A stretch of 64,000 nt of DNA from an archaeon (GCA_043823195.1 JBDRAZ010000034.1:12699-76698); one strand, 5' to 3'; numbered from the stretch's first letter, positions 10,579 to 21,800 are shown. Made by a program: numbers and translations. The notes: generated from the letters alone by a model not told the origin.

Positions 10579-13500
10579 TTGCGGTGGGTTTTGCTATTAG
10601 TCTTGTTATCATTATGCTCAGCATCTGCGTTCGCCGACCAGATTGTGCAGGAATACTCCTTCAGCTACACCCTCTCAGCTGACGGGCAATATGACCATAT
10701 TGAGCTCTCGGGGGGGCAGCCTGAGAGCATACCGGGAAACCCGCTGATCCCATATTATGCGGCCAGAATCCTCCTTCCCGAAGCCCAGGATGTCTCAGGG
10801 ATCACGATAATCCCAGCCGGACAGGTCTGCCCTGACGGCACATTCAATCTTAAGCCGGGCCAGGAACCCTATCCCTTCAGTTTCAACGGGACAGTCAACA
10901 TAACACCCCCGAACACGTCGGTCTATTCCTCATCTGACCCATATCCCGGCATACTCTATAAGAAACTCTCCACAGGCAACCTGAAGGGCTACAGGATAGC
11001 AGTGATAAGGCTCTACCCGGTCCAGTACACGCCGGATACCGGGCAGCTCTGCATCTGGCGCAGGCTTATCGTTGCTCTGGAGACCGAACCCCGGCCTCTT
11101 CCTGATATTGTGCCGAAGAGGGGCCTCATCAAAGACCTTGACACCCTCAGGGCCCAGGTGGACAACCCATCTGATGCGGTTGACCAGTATCAGATATTTC
11201 AGGCAGCTGTCCCATCTGCAATAGCCCAGCCATCCCAGTCATATGAATATGTTGTCATAACCGGCAGCACGCTGAACAGCACATTCGCAAAGCTTGTCTC
11301 ATGGAAAAACTCTATGGGCCTGAATGCAACCTCGGTCCTTGTTGAAGACATTGCTGCAGACCCCGACTACCACTGCGATGGCGAATTCGGCGACGGCTGT
11401 GGTGATGCAGAATTCAACGATACCCAGGCGCACATACGCAATTTCATCAAGGATGCATATGCCAGCTGGGGGACCTCTTATGTGCTCCTGGGAGGCGATG
11501 ATGAGATCGTACCGGTCAGAGGCACCTATCAGCAGTGCGGCTCATACACAGACAACTCGCTCCCCTCAGACCTCTACTACGGGTGCCTTGACGGCAGCTG
11601 GAACTCAGACCTTGATGATCTGTTTGGAGAGTCTGATGACGGCAACGGTGATGATGTAGACCTGCAGGCCGAAGTCTACGTTGGAAGGGCCACGGTTGAG
11701 ACGGCAGCAGAGGCAGATAATTTCATAAACAAGACAATTGAATACTACAACAGCGAAAACTCATCATACATCAGGAACGCGCTCCTGATTGGCGAGGAGC
11801 TGGATGAGATTACCTGGGGCGGCAACAGCAAGGACATTGTCGGAGAGATGATCAGGAGATACAACATCACCCGCATCTACAATCGCGACAGCACATACTC
11901 AGAATCGATTGCTGCTTCCTACCTCAACCGCGGGACCCATATAGCAAACCACAACGGCCATGCAAACTGGAATACCCTCATGAGCATGTCCGGCTCCGAG
12001 ATTGATGAGCTTGCCAACGACCGGTTCTTCTTTTATTACACGATCGGATGCATAACGGCAGCCTTTGACACTGAAAAGAGCGGAAGCACCGAATCAGTGG
12101 CTGAGCACATGATCTTTAACCCGACTGGCGCCTTTGCCTTCATCGGCAACACTAGGTACGGCTGGTACTGGCCGGGAAGCGCATACGGGCCTTCTGCATA
12201 CTTTGACAACGAATTCTTTGACGCAGTGATGAACAAGGGCATTGACCGGCTCGGTCCTGCCCTGGATGAATCCAGGAAAGAAAGGCTCTCTGCTGTCGGC
12301 AGCACAGGCTCAGCACGATGGATATATTTCGAGCTGACCCTCCTTGGCGACCCCCACACAAAACTCTTTACCGGGATAGCGCCGCCTGTTGCCTACATTG
12401 AATCCCCCGACGGAGGAACCACTTTGCAGGGGATTGTCTCAATCAGCGGTTATGCAACCCCCGGAAACTCCTCAGCGGCGGTTGACAGCTATGCCCTTGA
12501 CGCAGCACACGGCACCAATCCTTCAAGCTGGAGCACCTCCGGGATCAGCCTCAATGGGACTTCGCCGGTCGCTAAAGATCACCTGGGGCAGTGGGACACC
12601 AGCTATCAGCCGGACGGCAGGACAACGCTGCGCCTGATGGTTACCGATGACAATGGCCAGACAAACGAGGACAGGGCGGTTATCATAATAGATAATTCCC
12701 GGATCTCCGCTCCCTCTGACAACGAATTCTTCCGCGCCGGCAACAACATATCCATATACGGGACAGTCAATGGCACCCTCTTTGAGGCATATGCCTTCCA
12801 CTGGGGGACGGGTTCAAATCCATCAGGCTGGTCTGATGCAGGGATATCTGTGGCCGGAGATGGAAGCAGCAGGATCGGCAACTCCCTGCTTGCAACCTGG
12901 AACACCGAAAACATAACCTCTGCCGGTTACTATGCCCTGAGGCTGACTGTCAACAGCACCGGCTTTTCTTACAGTGAGAACATCACGATTGTGCTCGATC
13001 CTGATTTCCAGGTTGGCTGGCCTCAGAAGGTCAATTACAGGCTTGTTGCGGGAAGCGTTGCAGTGGGCGACATTGACAATGACGGCTACATGGAGGTCGG
13101 GGCAGGTGAATCCCTGTACGGCGGCTCCAGCGCATATTTTTATCTCTGGCATTATAACGGCTCAAATATGACAAACTGGCCGCAGTACGGAGGTAATCAG
13201 TACATAAGGTCATCACCGGTGTTTGTTGACATCGACGGCGATAATGACAAGGAAATATTTGTCGGGACAGGAAGCGATGTGCTGCGGGGCTGGCATCATA
13301 CCGGATATGCCATTGATGGTTATCCGTTGTCTGATCCGCGTGATGAGCTTTTCAGCTCTGTTGTAACTGCTGACATAGGCTGCAACGGTGATTATGAGTT
13401 CCTGGTGCGCGGGCTTGACGGGTTCTACGCCTGGCACCAGAACGGAAGCCTGGTTGCCGGCTGGCCAAAGCCCGGCGACAGGTATGGCGCAGCACCCAGT

Positions 13501-16125
13501 GTTGCAGACCTTACTGGCGACGGCTGCCCGGAGATAATCGACCAGTACAATGACTACATTTATGCGTACCATGCAAACGGCAGCAATGTATCCGGCTGGC
13601 CGGTTCCTGTGGATTCTGCGTGGACAACACCGGCAGTTGGCGATCTTAATGATGACGGGAGCTATGAAGTGGTTGTCATGACAACGTATCACCTGTTCAT
13701 TCTGCACCCGAACGGCAGCAATGTTACCGGCTGGCCAATAAGATACGGCTATGCCGGCGGGTCGCCTGCACTCGGCGACCTTGACGGCGACAATTCTCTT
13801 GAGATTGTGTTTACTGCGTCAGGCAGGGTGTGGGCAGTCCATCTGAACGGCAGCAATGTTACCGGCTGGCCCATGTCCGTATCATCAATGTCAGGTGCAG
13901 GTCCTGTGATTGGTGACATTGACGGCGACTCTGATCCGGAAATCCTGCTGCCGACCGATTATTATAGCGACAGGTTCTATGCCTGGCACCACAACGGCAG
14001 CAATGTATCCGGCTGGCCCAAGATCACCCCTAAACCAGCCTTAACAGGTACGCATGCGGTGAAGCGGTCAGCACCCCTCCTTAAGGATATTGATAGTGAC
14101 GGCGACATTGAGGTCATCCTCGGCGACGAATCATATCTCCTGGTCTGGGACCTCCCGGCGCCTTACAATGCCTACAACATCCCCTGGGGCCAGTTCAAGC
14201 ACGATGATCTTTACACAGGCCTCTATTCCGAGCCGGCCATGCCGCCCCTGATTTCCGGGATCCAATGCCGCAACGCATCCGCCTGGGCTGAATGCGGCTC
14301 CATAGCATACAATCACACAATAACTGCTGTACGAGCAAACTGCTCAGATCCCTATGTTAACAACATCACAAACGGGACAATAACGCTTGAGAATCTGGAT
14401 GACAGCCATGTCTTTTTCAGAAACTCCAGCATTGCCTCCGTTGGTTATCAGGTTGTCAATAATTCAGACATAATTGTCGCAGACAGCGGCACATGGCGCG
14501 TGACTGTATCATGCACCGACGATGAAGGGTTGTCTGTAACAGATACGGTCTCATGGGACATCCCCTGGGGGAGCCTTACCGCAAGCCTTGTTTATCCGGC
14601 AGAACCCCTTGTTGTCCAGCCAAACCAGCTCTTCAATTTCACTGCAGAAGTTGGCTGCATAGGCGGCGAATGCGGGAATGTTACAGCCACACTGGATCCG
14701 AGTGTTGGTGCAGCTGCCGTAAATGCCTCAAGCAGGATATCTGTAACGATGACCGGAGCCACAGGCACCGGCGGCACAAGCGACCACACTGGCTACATCT
14801 GGCGGACCAGCTCAACCTCCCTCCTGAAATACCACTTTAATGGGACGCTTGCCGATACTGGCACAATGCCGGCAGGTTTCAATGACATAGCCTATCAGGA
14901 CGGTTATATCTGGGGAATTGCAAGCTCTTCCCCGTGTCTTCAGAAGATGCACCTGAACGGCTCCCTTATCTCCTCATATGCGACCGAATCCGGCCAGGGG
15001 ATTGCCTATGATCCCTACAGCAACATTCTCTGGGTAAGACCCTCAGCCACTCTGCTAAAGAGCTACTATCTCAATGGCTCAGCAACCGGCCAGGCCCTCT
15101 CTCTTGGATTGAACTCGGCGTACGGAATAGACTATTATAACGGATTATTCTGCACAGGAAGCAACGGGGCAACCGATGTTGACATCTGGAACGAATCCGG
15201 CATCAAACTTGCTGACACCTCAGAAAGCGGCATTGATGATGACACGGGCTGTGCATTTATTGACCGTAATGGCAGGCACTATATCTTTGCCATGGAAGGC
15301 GATGCTGTCTCCCGCTACGAGTACTCCTGCGAGGGCTGCCCTTCTGGTCCACAACCCAGCGCCAAAGGCACTGTGCCCATGAATTCAGGAACGCCCTTTT
15401 ACACGCTTGACACAAACCCGCTCCGCCCGGCAAACCTTTCCTGCCTTGCCAGCATGGGCGCCGGCGACTCCTGCAACCAGACCTGGAGGGTCAATGCCAC
15501 CGGCTCTCCGGCCGCCTATGAGTTCTACGTTGTCTACCTGTCATCCTACGGGCTCAGCAACGAAACACCGCACGTCAACATCACCATTAACAGCACAAAC
15601 ATCACGTTCTCATTATCCCTTGCGTCCGGATGGAGCCTCATAAGTGTGCCTATCGAGGCTGCCGACATGTCACCCGCATCATTCTTCTCATCACTGGACA
15701 ACCTTGGCCGCGTGTGGATGTACAATGCATCGGATTCGTTAAACCCCTGGAGACTCTACGATCCCGGCGGGCTTCCCCTCCTTAACACCCTGACAGAGAT
15801 CCGGCCTGAATACGGCTACTGGATCAGTGTTGCGTCTGCTGAAACGCTCACAGTGACCGGTGACCGGGTCAATTCCCTTAGCACAGGGCTTGAGGCCGGC
15901 TGGAACCTTATGGGATATCCGTTTGCCCCGCCCAGGTCTGCTATGGCGGCAATATCCGGAATATCCGGCTTCGGCCGCATATGGGCCTATAACTCCTCAT
16001 CAGGCAGCCCCTGGAAACTCTACGATCCCGGCGGGCTTCCTATGCTCAACACCCTGTCAAACCTGGATCCCGGTTCAGGCTACTGGGTCAGGGTTGATGG
16101 TTCTGAAACCTGGGCGCTCAGCTAG
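10579..16125 (+). CDS. Gingipain-like C25 cysteine peptidase with propeptide, FG-GAP/VCBS propeller, second propeller-like insert and C-terminal GWNL domain
   Basis: Probable TTG start at 10579 after AGGTGA. C25 motifs YVLLGGD, SDLYY, VGRA, catalytic NHNGH and YTIGC, LLGDP; repeated GDIDGD/NGSNVTGWP blades. Confidence 0.85.
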   Translation: MRWVLLLVLLSLCSASAFADQIVQEYSFSYTLSADGQYDHIELSGGQPESIPGNPLIPYYAARILLPEAQDVSGITIIPAGQVCPDGTFNLKPGQEPYPFSFNGTVNITPPNTSVYSSSDPYPGILYKKLSTGNLKGYRIAVIRLYPVQYTPDTGQLCIWRRLIVALETEPRPLPDIVPKRGLIKDLDTLRAQVDNPSDAVDQYQIFQAAVPSAIAQPSQSYEYVVITGSTLNSTFAKLVSWKNSMGLNATSVLVEDIAADPDYHCDGEFGDGCGDAEFNDTQAHIRNFIKDAYASWGTSYVLLGGDDEIVPVRGTYQQCGSYTDNSLPSDLYYGCLDGSWNSDLDDLFGESDDGNGDDVDLQAEVYVGRATVETAAEADNFINKTIEYYNSENSSYIRNALLIGEELDEITWGGNSKDIVGEMIRRYNITRIYNRDSTYSESIAASYLNRGTHIANHNGHANWNTLMSMSGSEIDELANDRFFFYYTIGCITAAFDTEKSGSTESVAEHMIFNPTGAFAFIGNTRYGWYWPGSAYGPSAYFDNEFFDAVMNKGIDRLGPALDESRKERLSAVGSTGSARWIYFELTLLGDPHTKLFTGIAPPVAYIESPDGGTTLQGIVSISGYATPGNSSAAVDSYALDAAHGTNPSSWSTSGISLNGTSPVAKDHLGQWDTSYQPDGRTTLRLMVTDDNGQTNEDRAVIIIDNSRISAPSDNEFFRAGNNISIYGTVNGTLFEAYAFHWGTGSNPSGWSDAGISVAGDGSSRIGNSLLATWNTENITSAGYYALRLTVNSTGFSYSENITIVLDPDFQVGWPQKVNYRLVAGSVAVGDIDNDGYMEVGAGESLYGGSSAYFYLWHYNGSNMTNWPQYGGNQYIRSSPVFVDIDGDNDKEIFVGTGSDVLRGWHHTGYAIDGYPLSDPRDELFSSVVTADIGCNGDYEFLVRGLDGFYAWHQNGSLVAGWPKPGDRYGAAPSVADLTGDGCPEIIDQYNDYIYAYHANGSNVSGWPVPVDSAWTTPAVGDLNDDGSYEVVVMTTYHLFILHPNGSNVTGWPIRYGYAGGSPALGDLDGDNSLEIVFTASGRVWAVHLNGSNVTGWPMSVSSMSGAGPVIGDIDGDSDPEILLPTDYYSDRFYAWHHNGSNVSGWPKITPKPALTGTHAVKRSAPLLKDIDSDGDIEVILGDESYLLVWDLPAPYNAYNIPWGQFKHDDLYTGLYSEPAMPPLISGIQCRNASAWAECGSIAYNHTITAVRANCSDPYVNNITNGTITLENLDDSHVFFRNSSIASVGYQVVNNSDIIVADSGTWRVTVSCTDDEGLSVTDTVSWDIPWGSLTASLVYPAEPLVVQPNQLFNFTAEVGCIGGECGNVTATLDPSVGAAAVNASSRISVTMTGATGTGGTSDHTGYIWRTSSTSLLKYHFNGTLADTGTMPAGFNDIAYQDGYIWGIASSSPCLQKMHLNGSLISSYATESGQGIAYDPYSNILWVRPSATLLKSYYLNGSATGQALSLGLNSAYGIDYYNGLFCTGSNGATDVDIWNESGIKLADTSESGIDDDTGCAFIDRNGRHYIFAMEGDAVSRYEYSCEGCPSGPQPSAKGTVPMNSGTPFYTLDTNPLRPANLSCLASMGAGDSCNQTWRVNATGSPAAYEFYVVYLSSYGLSNETPHVNITINSTNITFSLSLASGWSLISVPIEAADMSPASFFSSLDNLGRVWMYNASDSLNPWRLYDPGGLPLLNTLTEIRPEYGYWISVASAETLTVTGDRVNSLSTGLEAGWNLMGYPFAPPRSAMAAISGISGFGRIWAYNSSSGSPWKLYDPGGLPMLNTLSNLDPGSGYWVRVDGSETWALS

Positions 16126-16193
16126 ACTTCTGTACTGAGGAGTGAAGGGCGCAAATGGCAAATAATAAAAACGAATCATATTACCATAGTTGC

Positions 16194-16511
16194 ATGAGGG
16201 TGGCATTTTTTGCAATGGCTCTTTTGATCCTAGGCTGTACGCCGCCTGAGCCTTCAGCTGTTCAGGATAATGCTGAAATTGGGTCGCGTGTTGCCGCGGC
16301 TCTGGTCGGCAGGCACCTCATCTATCATGATTTTGCAGGCCAGGAGCGCTCCTTTACTATTGAAAAAGACCATATCGGGGAAATATCAGATGCCTCCCTG
16401 GACGGCCGGATAGCCCTGAAGGTTACGGTCGGCGACGGACTTCTCTGGGACATCTATCTGGATGAGTCAGGCACAGAAATAATAAAAGAGGTACAGCTGT
16501 TCAGAACTTAA
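16194..16511 (+). CDS. Small putative lipoprotein, possibly PepSY-like
   Basis: MRVAFFAMALLILG-C lipobox-like sequence; C-terminal LKVTV...WDIYLDESGTEII; stop is 1 nt before the metalloprotease start. Confidence 0.6.
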   Translation: MRVAFFAMALLILGCTPPEPSAVQDNAEIGSRVAAALVGRHLIYHDFAGQERSFTIEKDHIGEISDASLDGRIALKVTVGDGLLWDIYLDESGTEIIKEVQLFRT

Positions 16512-16512
16512 A

Positions 16513-19500
16513 ATGAGATTGCTCATGTTCTCTTTTATCATTCTGCTTCTTTCGGGCTCTGCTTTTTCGCTCGGCCCGCGGGCGGTAACAATGCCTGGGA
16601 CCGGGGAAGGGCCCGCGGATCATGAGGCTGGTCTGGATGTTGCTGAAATATTAGCCCATGAAGTCGTAACTGATAACCTGGGTATCGCTGATGCAGAACT
16701 CATCCATGCTGGATACGATGAGCCAATATACGGCAATGGCAGCGGAATCTTTGTCACTAGCTATCAGCAGCAATATCATGGCCTGCCTATCCATGGTACG
16801 GTTACCGCAATTGCCGTCCAGGGCGGTGATGTGGTGTCAATGAGATCAGAGCAGTACTCTGATGCTGATGTAGATCTGCAGCCCGCCATTTCCGCCGATG
16901 ATGCCTTCGCCGGAGCATTGATGGCAGTTAAGAAGGCCCCCATGGTCATCCGGGGCTTCACAGGGATATCCTCTGAAGCAAGACTGAGACGCCAGGACAT
17001 TCAGAATCTGGAACCTGACAATATATCCCTCTCTATCTATCCCGAAGACAACGGGTCCCTGCATCTGGCCTGGAAAGTTGAGTTTCCCCTGCTGAGAAAC
17101 CCCCCGAGCCAGTGGCATGTTTTCGTTGACGCACATACAGGCGGAATACTTAACATGGAAAACAGGGTTCGGCATGAGCTCACCGGCCAGGTCACCGGGC
17201 CTGTCTATCCGAAATCCCCTGCAAGGGGAAACGCTACCCTGGCGTTCATGAACCTGAACATCACTTTGCTTCAGGATGGCGGCATTCTTGCATCGGGGAT
17301 AACAGATTCCACAGGCCGCTACAGCATCCCTGGCTCCGGAAACGCAACTGTGTATGCAAGGCATGAGGGGCCCTATGTCCGCGTAGTTAACTTGGCCCAG
17401 AATGAATCGGAGCACAATGTCTCAAAAGAGCTTCCGGCCAGCTATTCCTGGGACTGGACAGGCTATGACACATCATATAAGTTTGAGGAGTCAAACGCCT
17501 ACTACCATGCCAACATCGCCCATGACTTCTTCACCGGGGGTTCGCCGTTTGACATTTCCGGCCTGGACAGCCAGAAATATGTTTATGTTCAGGAGAGCGG
17601 GACCTGCAATGCATATGCGGACGGCTACGGGGACATTCATTTCTATCCGGCCGGCGGGGGTTGTGAGGCAACCTCGCTCTCAAGCGACGTCATATACCAC
17701 GAGTATACGCATACCGTGCATGACCTTGTCAATCCAACGCTCTCGCCGTACTGGGGGGAGCCCGGCGGCATGATGGAGGGCTGGGCTGATTATTTTGCCG
17801 CATCGATCAATGATGATCCTTGCATGTCTGAGGATGTCTTCTACAGCCTGTCCTGCCTCAGATACCTGAACAACTCCAAAAGGTACCCTGATGATTATGC
17901 AGATGGCGAGCCGCACGGCACAGGCGAGATATTTGGCCCTGCGCTCTGGGACCTGCGCACATTCCTCGGCCGGAACCTCACCGATGAACTGGTCATCCGG
18001 GCCATGAAGCTTCTCGGCGGCACATGGTCTGAATATATCCATGACCTCATGGTTGTGGATGATGACAACGCAGATGTCAATGACGGGACTCCGCACATCA
18101 ACGAGATCTGCGTATCCTTTTATGACGGCCACGGCATCCTGTCCAATGACTGCCTTAACTACACAAATGTCAGTGTTGCAAGGATCAATGATCCTGCTGC
18201 CGGCAGCCGGTTCAGTGCAGACTACCTCACCGTCAATGGCACTATTTATCCGCCGATGGATTCAGTCCTGGACACGGCCCTTACAGAGTATTCTGTTGAC
18301 GGCGTAATCTGGATCAGAATCAACAGCTCAAATACCGCTGCAATCGACGCAACCCTCACTGGGTGGAACATTAGCTTTGTTGCAGATGACGACTACCTTG
18401 TCAGGCTGACAGTCAATGACACCAACGGCAGCACTGCCAGCAGCACAGTAAATATCAGCATTGATAAAGTATACTTTACCGACCCACCCCGCAATTCATT
18501 CTACCGCACAGGGTCTAACATAACATTTGCCGGATATGCAAACGCCACGAACTTTCAGAACTTCTGGCTCGAATATGGCTCAGGCGCCGCTCCCTCATCC
18601 TGGTCCAGGGACGGGGTCTCGCTGACAAATAACGGGGCTGCGCCTGCCCGGGGCGCTTTGGGGGTCTGGAACACCGCGAATGTCAGTGCCCATGACTATT
18701 ACACAATTCGCCTGATGGTCAACCAATCAGCCATTGTTAACAACCATACCGTTACTGTGGTGCTGGACCCTGATTACCTGCCAGGCTGGCCGCAGCGCAT
18801 TAATGGCCGCCTCATTGCGGCAACTGTTGCTGTAGGGGATATTGACAACGACGGCGGCCTTGAAATCGCGGCGGGCGAAAGCAACATGTCCTCATCAGCT
18901 GGCCAGAATTTTTATGTCTGGCACAGCAATGGGAGCATGTATTCAGGCTGGCCGGTCCCGGGTGCAGGGGAATATGCAATACGCTCCAGCCCGGCAATGG
19001 CAGATGTTGACAGTGATTCTGACCTGGAGATTTTTGTCGGAACCGATTTGTACCGTGTTTACGCCTGGCACCACAACGGAACTGCGCAGGCGGGATGGCC
19101 CGCAGCTGACCCCTGGGATGATGTGCTGGGCGGGATAACCCTGGGAGACCTTGACGGCGATGGTGATCTTGAGATCATTGCTGCTGACATCGATGACGGA
19201 CTATACGCCTGGCACCGCAACGGCAGCATGCTGGGCGGTTTTCCGGTCTATCAGGGATCTTCATACGTCTCAACACCCGCAGTGGCAGATCTTGACGATG
19301 ACGGCCTGCCTGAAATAATCATTGGCAACACCAACGGATTCCTCTATGCAATAACAGCCACGGGCAAAAACCTCAGCGGCTGGCCTGTTGACCTTGGCTC
19401 ATCAATCTGGTCATCTCCGGCCATAGCTGATCTTGACGGTGATTATGATTATGAGGTCGCTGTTGCATCATGGGCCCAGTTTCATCTTCTGCATCATAAC

Positions 19501-21762
19501 GGCAGCCCGGTTAGCGGCTGGCCGGTACAGGCCAACGGGAGTTATTCGTCGCCCGCGCTTGCTGATCTGAACAATGACTCCTATCTTGACATCCTGTTCG
19601 CTTCTATTGCGGGGGTTTATGCCTATCATCTTAACGGCTCATTGCTTCCCGGCTGGCCGGTTCCTGCAACGGCAGCATTCACTAATTCTCCGATTGTGGG
19701 GGACATTGACGGTGACGGTGACCCGGAGGTGCTGATAAATTCTGACTGCACAAACGACAGGCTATACGCGTGGCATCATGACGGATCAAATGTCTCCGGC
19801 TGGCCTAAGATAGTGCCAACGCCTCAGCTCGAATACTATCACTACTCCAAACTCTCAAATCCGGTAATCGCAGATATCGATTCGGATAATGACACTGATA
19901 TTGTCCTGGGCGATGAAGGCTACCTCTTTGTCTGGGACCTTAATGCAGCATATGATGCCGGTAATGTGCCCTGGGGAGTCTTCCATGCAAACCAGCATCA
20001 TACCGGATTGTACTCGGTGCCGGGACCGGTGCCGGGCATCAGCAGCATGGAATGCAACAACGGGACCTCCTGGCTGGACTGCTCAGCCATCAGCTACAAT
20101 CAGACAATTGCCCGGATGAGAGCCAACTGCACAGGTGCCTCTGCGGCACGGTTCAGGCTGGAAAACCTTGATGACGGGGCAACACTGATAAACGGCATTG
20201 CTGCCCTTCAGAACGGCTCCATGGTCCTTGACAATGGCGATATTCCATTGAGAGACAGCGGGGATTGGCGGCTCTACGCTACATGCTACGGAAATAACAG
20301 TCAAAAGACCACACGGTCTGTTTCCTGGTCACTTCCATGGGGCAAACTGGCATCGTATTCAGTGACCGGGAATCTGACCGCGCCCCTGAACGGGTTTTTC
20401 AACTACACCTCGGGCGTAAGGTGCCTTTACGGCGAATGCGGCAACATCTCAGCATACCTTAATCCCCGGGACAGGGTTTCCCTCTTTTATGACGGTTTTG
20501 AATCGGCCGCTATCCAGGACCATTGGGTGACATACAACAGCAATCCCTATGGGAGAATCCGGGCATCAAATCTCTCGGGCCCCTACAACGGATCCTACCA
20601 TCTCATTATGGATGTCAACCAAAGCGCCCAATATGCGCTAACTGAGCTTGTGACGGGTCTGGCGCTCGATGGTCACGATGACCTGGAGCTTTCATTTCAG
20701 ATGAAGAGCATTGGCGATGAGGACCACGCCTGCCCGCTATCGTGGTCCGGACATGCAAATGGTGATTGTGTTGCAGTAACATGCGACGGGGCTAACTGGG
20801 TGATGGTCCGCAACCTGACTGCTTCCGGAGGCACATCCAATGCCTACCAGGAATTCATAATTGACATCAGCAACGGCACCCTTTCAGCCTGCGGGACAGT
20901 AAACGCCTCTTTTGGCATCAAGTTTCAGCACTATGACAACTATCCCATTTCATCAGACGGCTTTGCATTTGATGATATCCGGCTTACTGCCCTTTCAGAT
21001 CTCGTATATGATGTGCCCGTGCACAGCGGCTCGCCCCTCTACACAATTGACCAGAACCCGAGGGACCACCTGAATCTGTCATGCCTTGGCAATATGCTGG
21101 CCGGCGATAACTGCAACCAGACCTGGACCATCAATGCAACCGGCAACGGAACATATGCTTTCTTTGTCAGGTACAGCTCGAACTATGCGGGCGTGTTGGC
21201 CAATGATTCCCCGCAGGCAAGCATTACCATTGCAAATGCCAGCGTCTCCATCATCCTGCAGCTTGGCGCGGGCTGGAACCTCATAAGCGTGCCGGTAAGG
21301 GCCGGCAACGCGTCATCCCGTGCCCTGCTCGCCCCGATACCCGGCTTCGATAAGGCCTGGATGTACAATGCTTCCGATGGCAACCCCTGGAAGCTATATG
21401 ATCCAAACAGCCCCTTTCCATTTCTAAACACCCTCGCCGGAATCTCAACCGACTATGGCTACTGGATAAGTGTCACATCTCCAAGTTCGCTGAACCTAAC
21501 CGGCAGTGTCGTTAACGCTTTAAACGTCAGCCTGGTTGCAGGATGGAATCTGGTGGGATATCCTTTCACATCGGGCCGGCCCGCATCATCAGCCTTCTCT
21601 GGCTTGTCCGGCTTTGATAAGGCCTATCAATACAATGCCTCAGGCTGGCACCTGTACGATCCGGATAGTCCTTTTCCCTTCCTCAATACCCTTGCCAATC
21701 TGGACCCCGGGTCAGGATACTGGCTGCGTGTTTCTGGAAGCGACCGGTGGGTCCTGAACTGA
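16513..21762 (+). CDS. Thermolysin/fungalysin-like (M4/M36) zinc metallopeptidase with FTP and PepSY prodomains, FG-GAP propeller, MAM/jelly-roll-like insert and C-terminal GWNL domain
   Basis: YQQQYHGLPIHG (FTP); LAWKV...VFVDAHTGGIL (PepSY); DVIYHEYTH (HExxH); GMMEGWADYFA (third ligand Glu); EPHGTGEI. Confidence 0.85.
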   Translation: MRLLMFSFIILLLSGSAFSLGPRAVTMPGTGEGPADHEAGLDVAEILAHEVVTDNLGIADAELIHAGYDEPIYGNGSGIFVTSYQQQYHGLPIHGTVTAIAVQGGDVVSMRSEQYSDADVDLQPAISADDAFAGALMAVKKAPMVIRGFTGISSEARLRRQDIQNLEPDNISLSIYPEDNGSLHLAWKVEFPLLRNPPSQWHVFVDAHTGGILNMENRVRHELTGQVTGPVYPKSPARGNATLAFMNLNITLLQDGGILASGITDSTGRYSIPGSGNATVYARHEGPYVRVVNLAQNESEHNVSKELPASYSWDWTGYDTSYKFEESNAYYHANIAHDFFTGGSPFDISGLDSQKYVYVQESGTCNAYADGYGDIHFYPAGGGCEATSLSSDVIYHEYTHTVHDLVNPTLSPYWGEPGGMMEGWADYFAASINDDPCMSEDVFYSLSCLRYLNNSKRYPDDYADGEPHGTGEIFGPALWDLRTFLGRNLTDELVIRAMKLLGGTWSEYIHDLMVVDDDNADVNDGTPHINEICVSFYDGHGILSNDCLNYTNVSVARINDPAAGSRFSADYLTVNGTIYPPMDSVLDTALTEYSVDGVIWIRINSSNTAAIDATLTGWNISFVADDDYLVRLTVNDTNGSTASSTVNISIDKVYFTDPPRNSFYRTGSNITFAGYANATNFQNFWLEYGSGAAPSSWSRDGVSLTNNGAAPARGALGVWNTANVSAHDYYTIRLMVNQSAIVNNHTVTVVLDPDYLPGWPQRINGRLIAATVAVGDIDNDGGLEIAAGESNMSSSAGQNFYVWHSNGSMYSGWPVPGAGEYAIRSSPAMADVDSDSDLEIFVGTDLYRVYAWHHNGTAQAGWPAADPWDDVLGGITLGDLDGDGDLEIIAADIDDGLYAWHRNGSMLGGFPVYQGSSYVSTPAVADLDDDGLPEIIIGNTNGFLYAITATGKNLSGWPVDLGSSIWSSPAIADLDGDYDYEVAVASWAQFHLLHHNGSPVSGWPVQANGSYSSPALADLNNDSYLDILFASIAGVYAYHLNGSLLPGWPVPATAAFTNSPIVGDIDGDGDPEVLINSDCTNDRLYAWHHDGSNVSGWPKIVPTPQLEYYHYSKLSNPVIADIDSDNDTDIVLGDEGYLFVWDLNAAYDAGNVPWGVFHANQHHTGLYSVPGPVPGISSMECNNGTSWLDCSAISYNQTIARMRANCTGASAARFRLENLDDGATLINGIAALQNGSMVLDNGDIPLRDSGDWRLYATCYGNNSQKTTRSVSWSLPWGKLASYSVTGNLTAPLNGFFNYTSGVRCLYGECGNISAYLNPRDRVSLFYDGFESAAIQDHWVTYNSNPYGRIRASNLSGPYNGSYHLIMDVNQSAQYALTELVTGLALDGHDDLELSFQMKSIGDEDHACPLSWSGHANGDCVAVTCDGANWVMVRNLTASGGTSNAYQEFIIDISNGTLSACGTVNASFGIKFQHYDNYPISSDGFAFDDIRLTALSDLVYDVPVHSGSPLYTIDQNPRDHLNLSCLGNMLAGDNCNQTWTINATGNGTYAFFVRYSSNYAGVLANDSPQASITIANASVSIILQLGAGWNLISVPVRAGNASSRALLAPIPGFDKAWMYNASDGNPWKLYDPNSPFPFLNTLAGISTDYGYWISVTSPSSLNLTGSVVNALNVSLVAGWNLVGYPFTSGRPASSAFSGLSGFDKAYQYNASGWHLYDPDSPFPFLNTLANLDPGSGYWLRVSGSDRWVLN
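21674..21723 (+). repeat. 50-bp exact repeat, copy 1 (within GWNL-domain coding sequence)
   Basis: TTCCCTTCCTCAATACCCTTGCCAATCTGGACCCCGGGTCAGGATACTGG is identical to 28170-28219. Confidence 0.9.
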
Positions 21763-21800
21763 TGGCCTGTTTGGCTGCCATCCTGGCTGGATCCGTTAAA

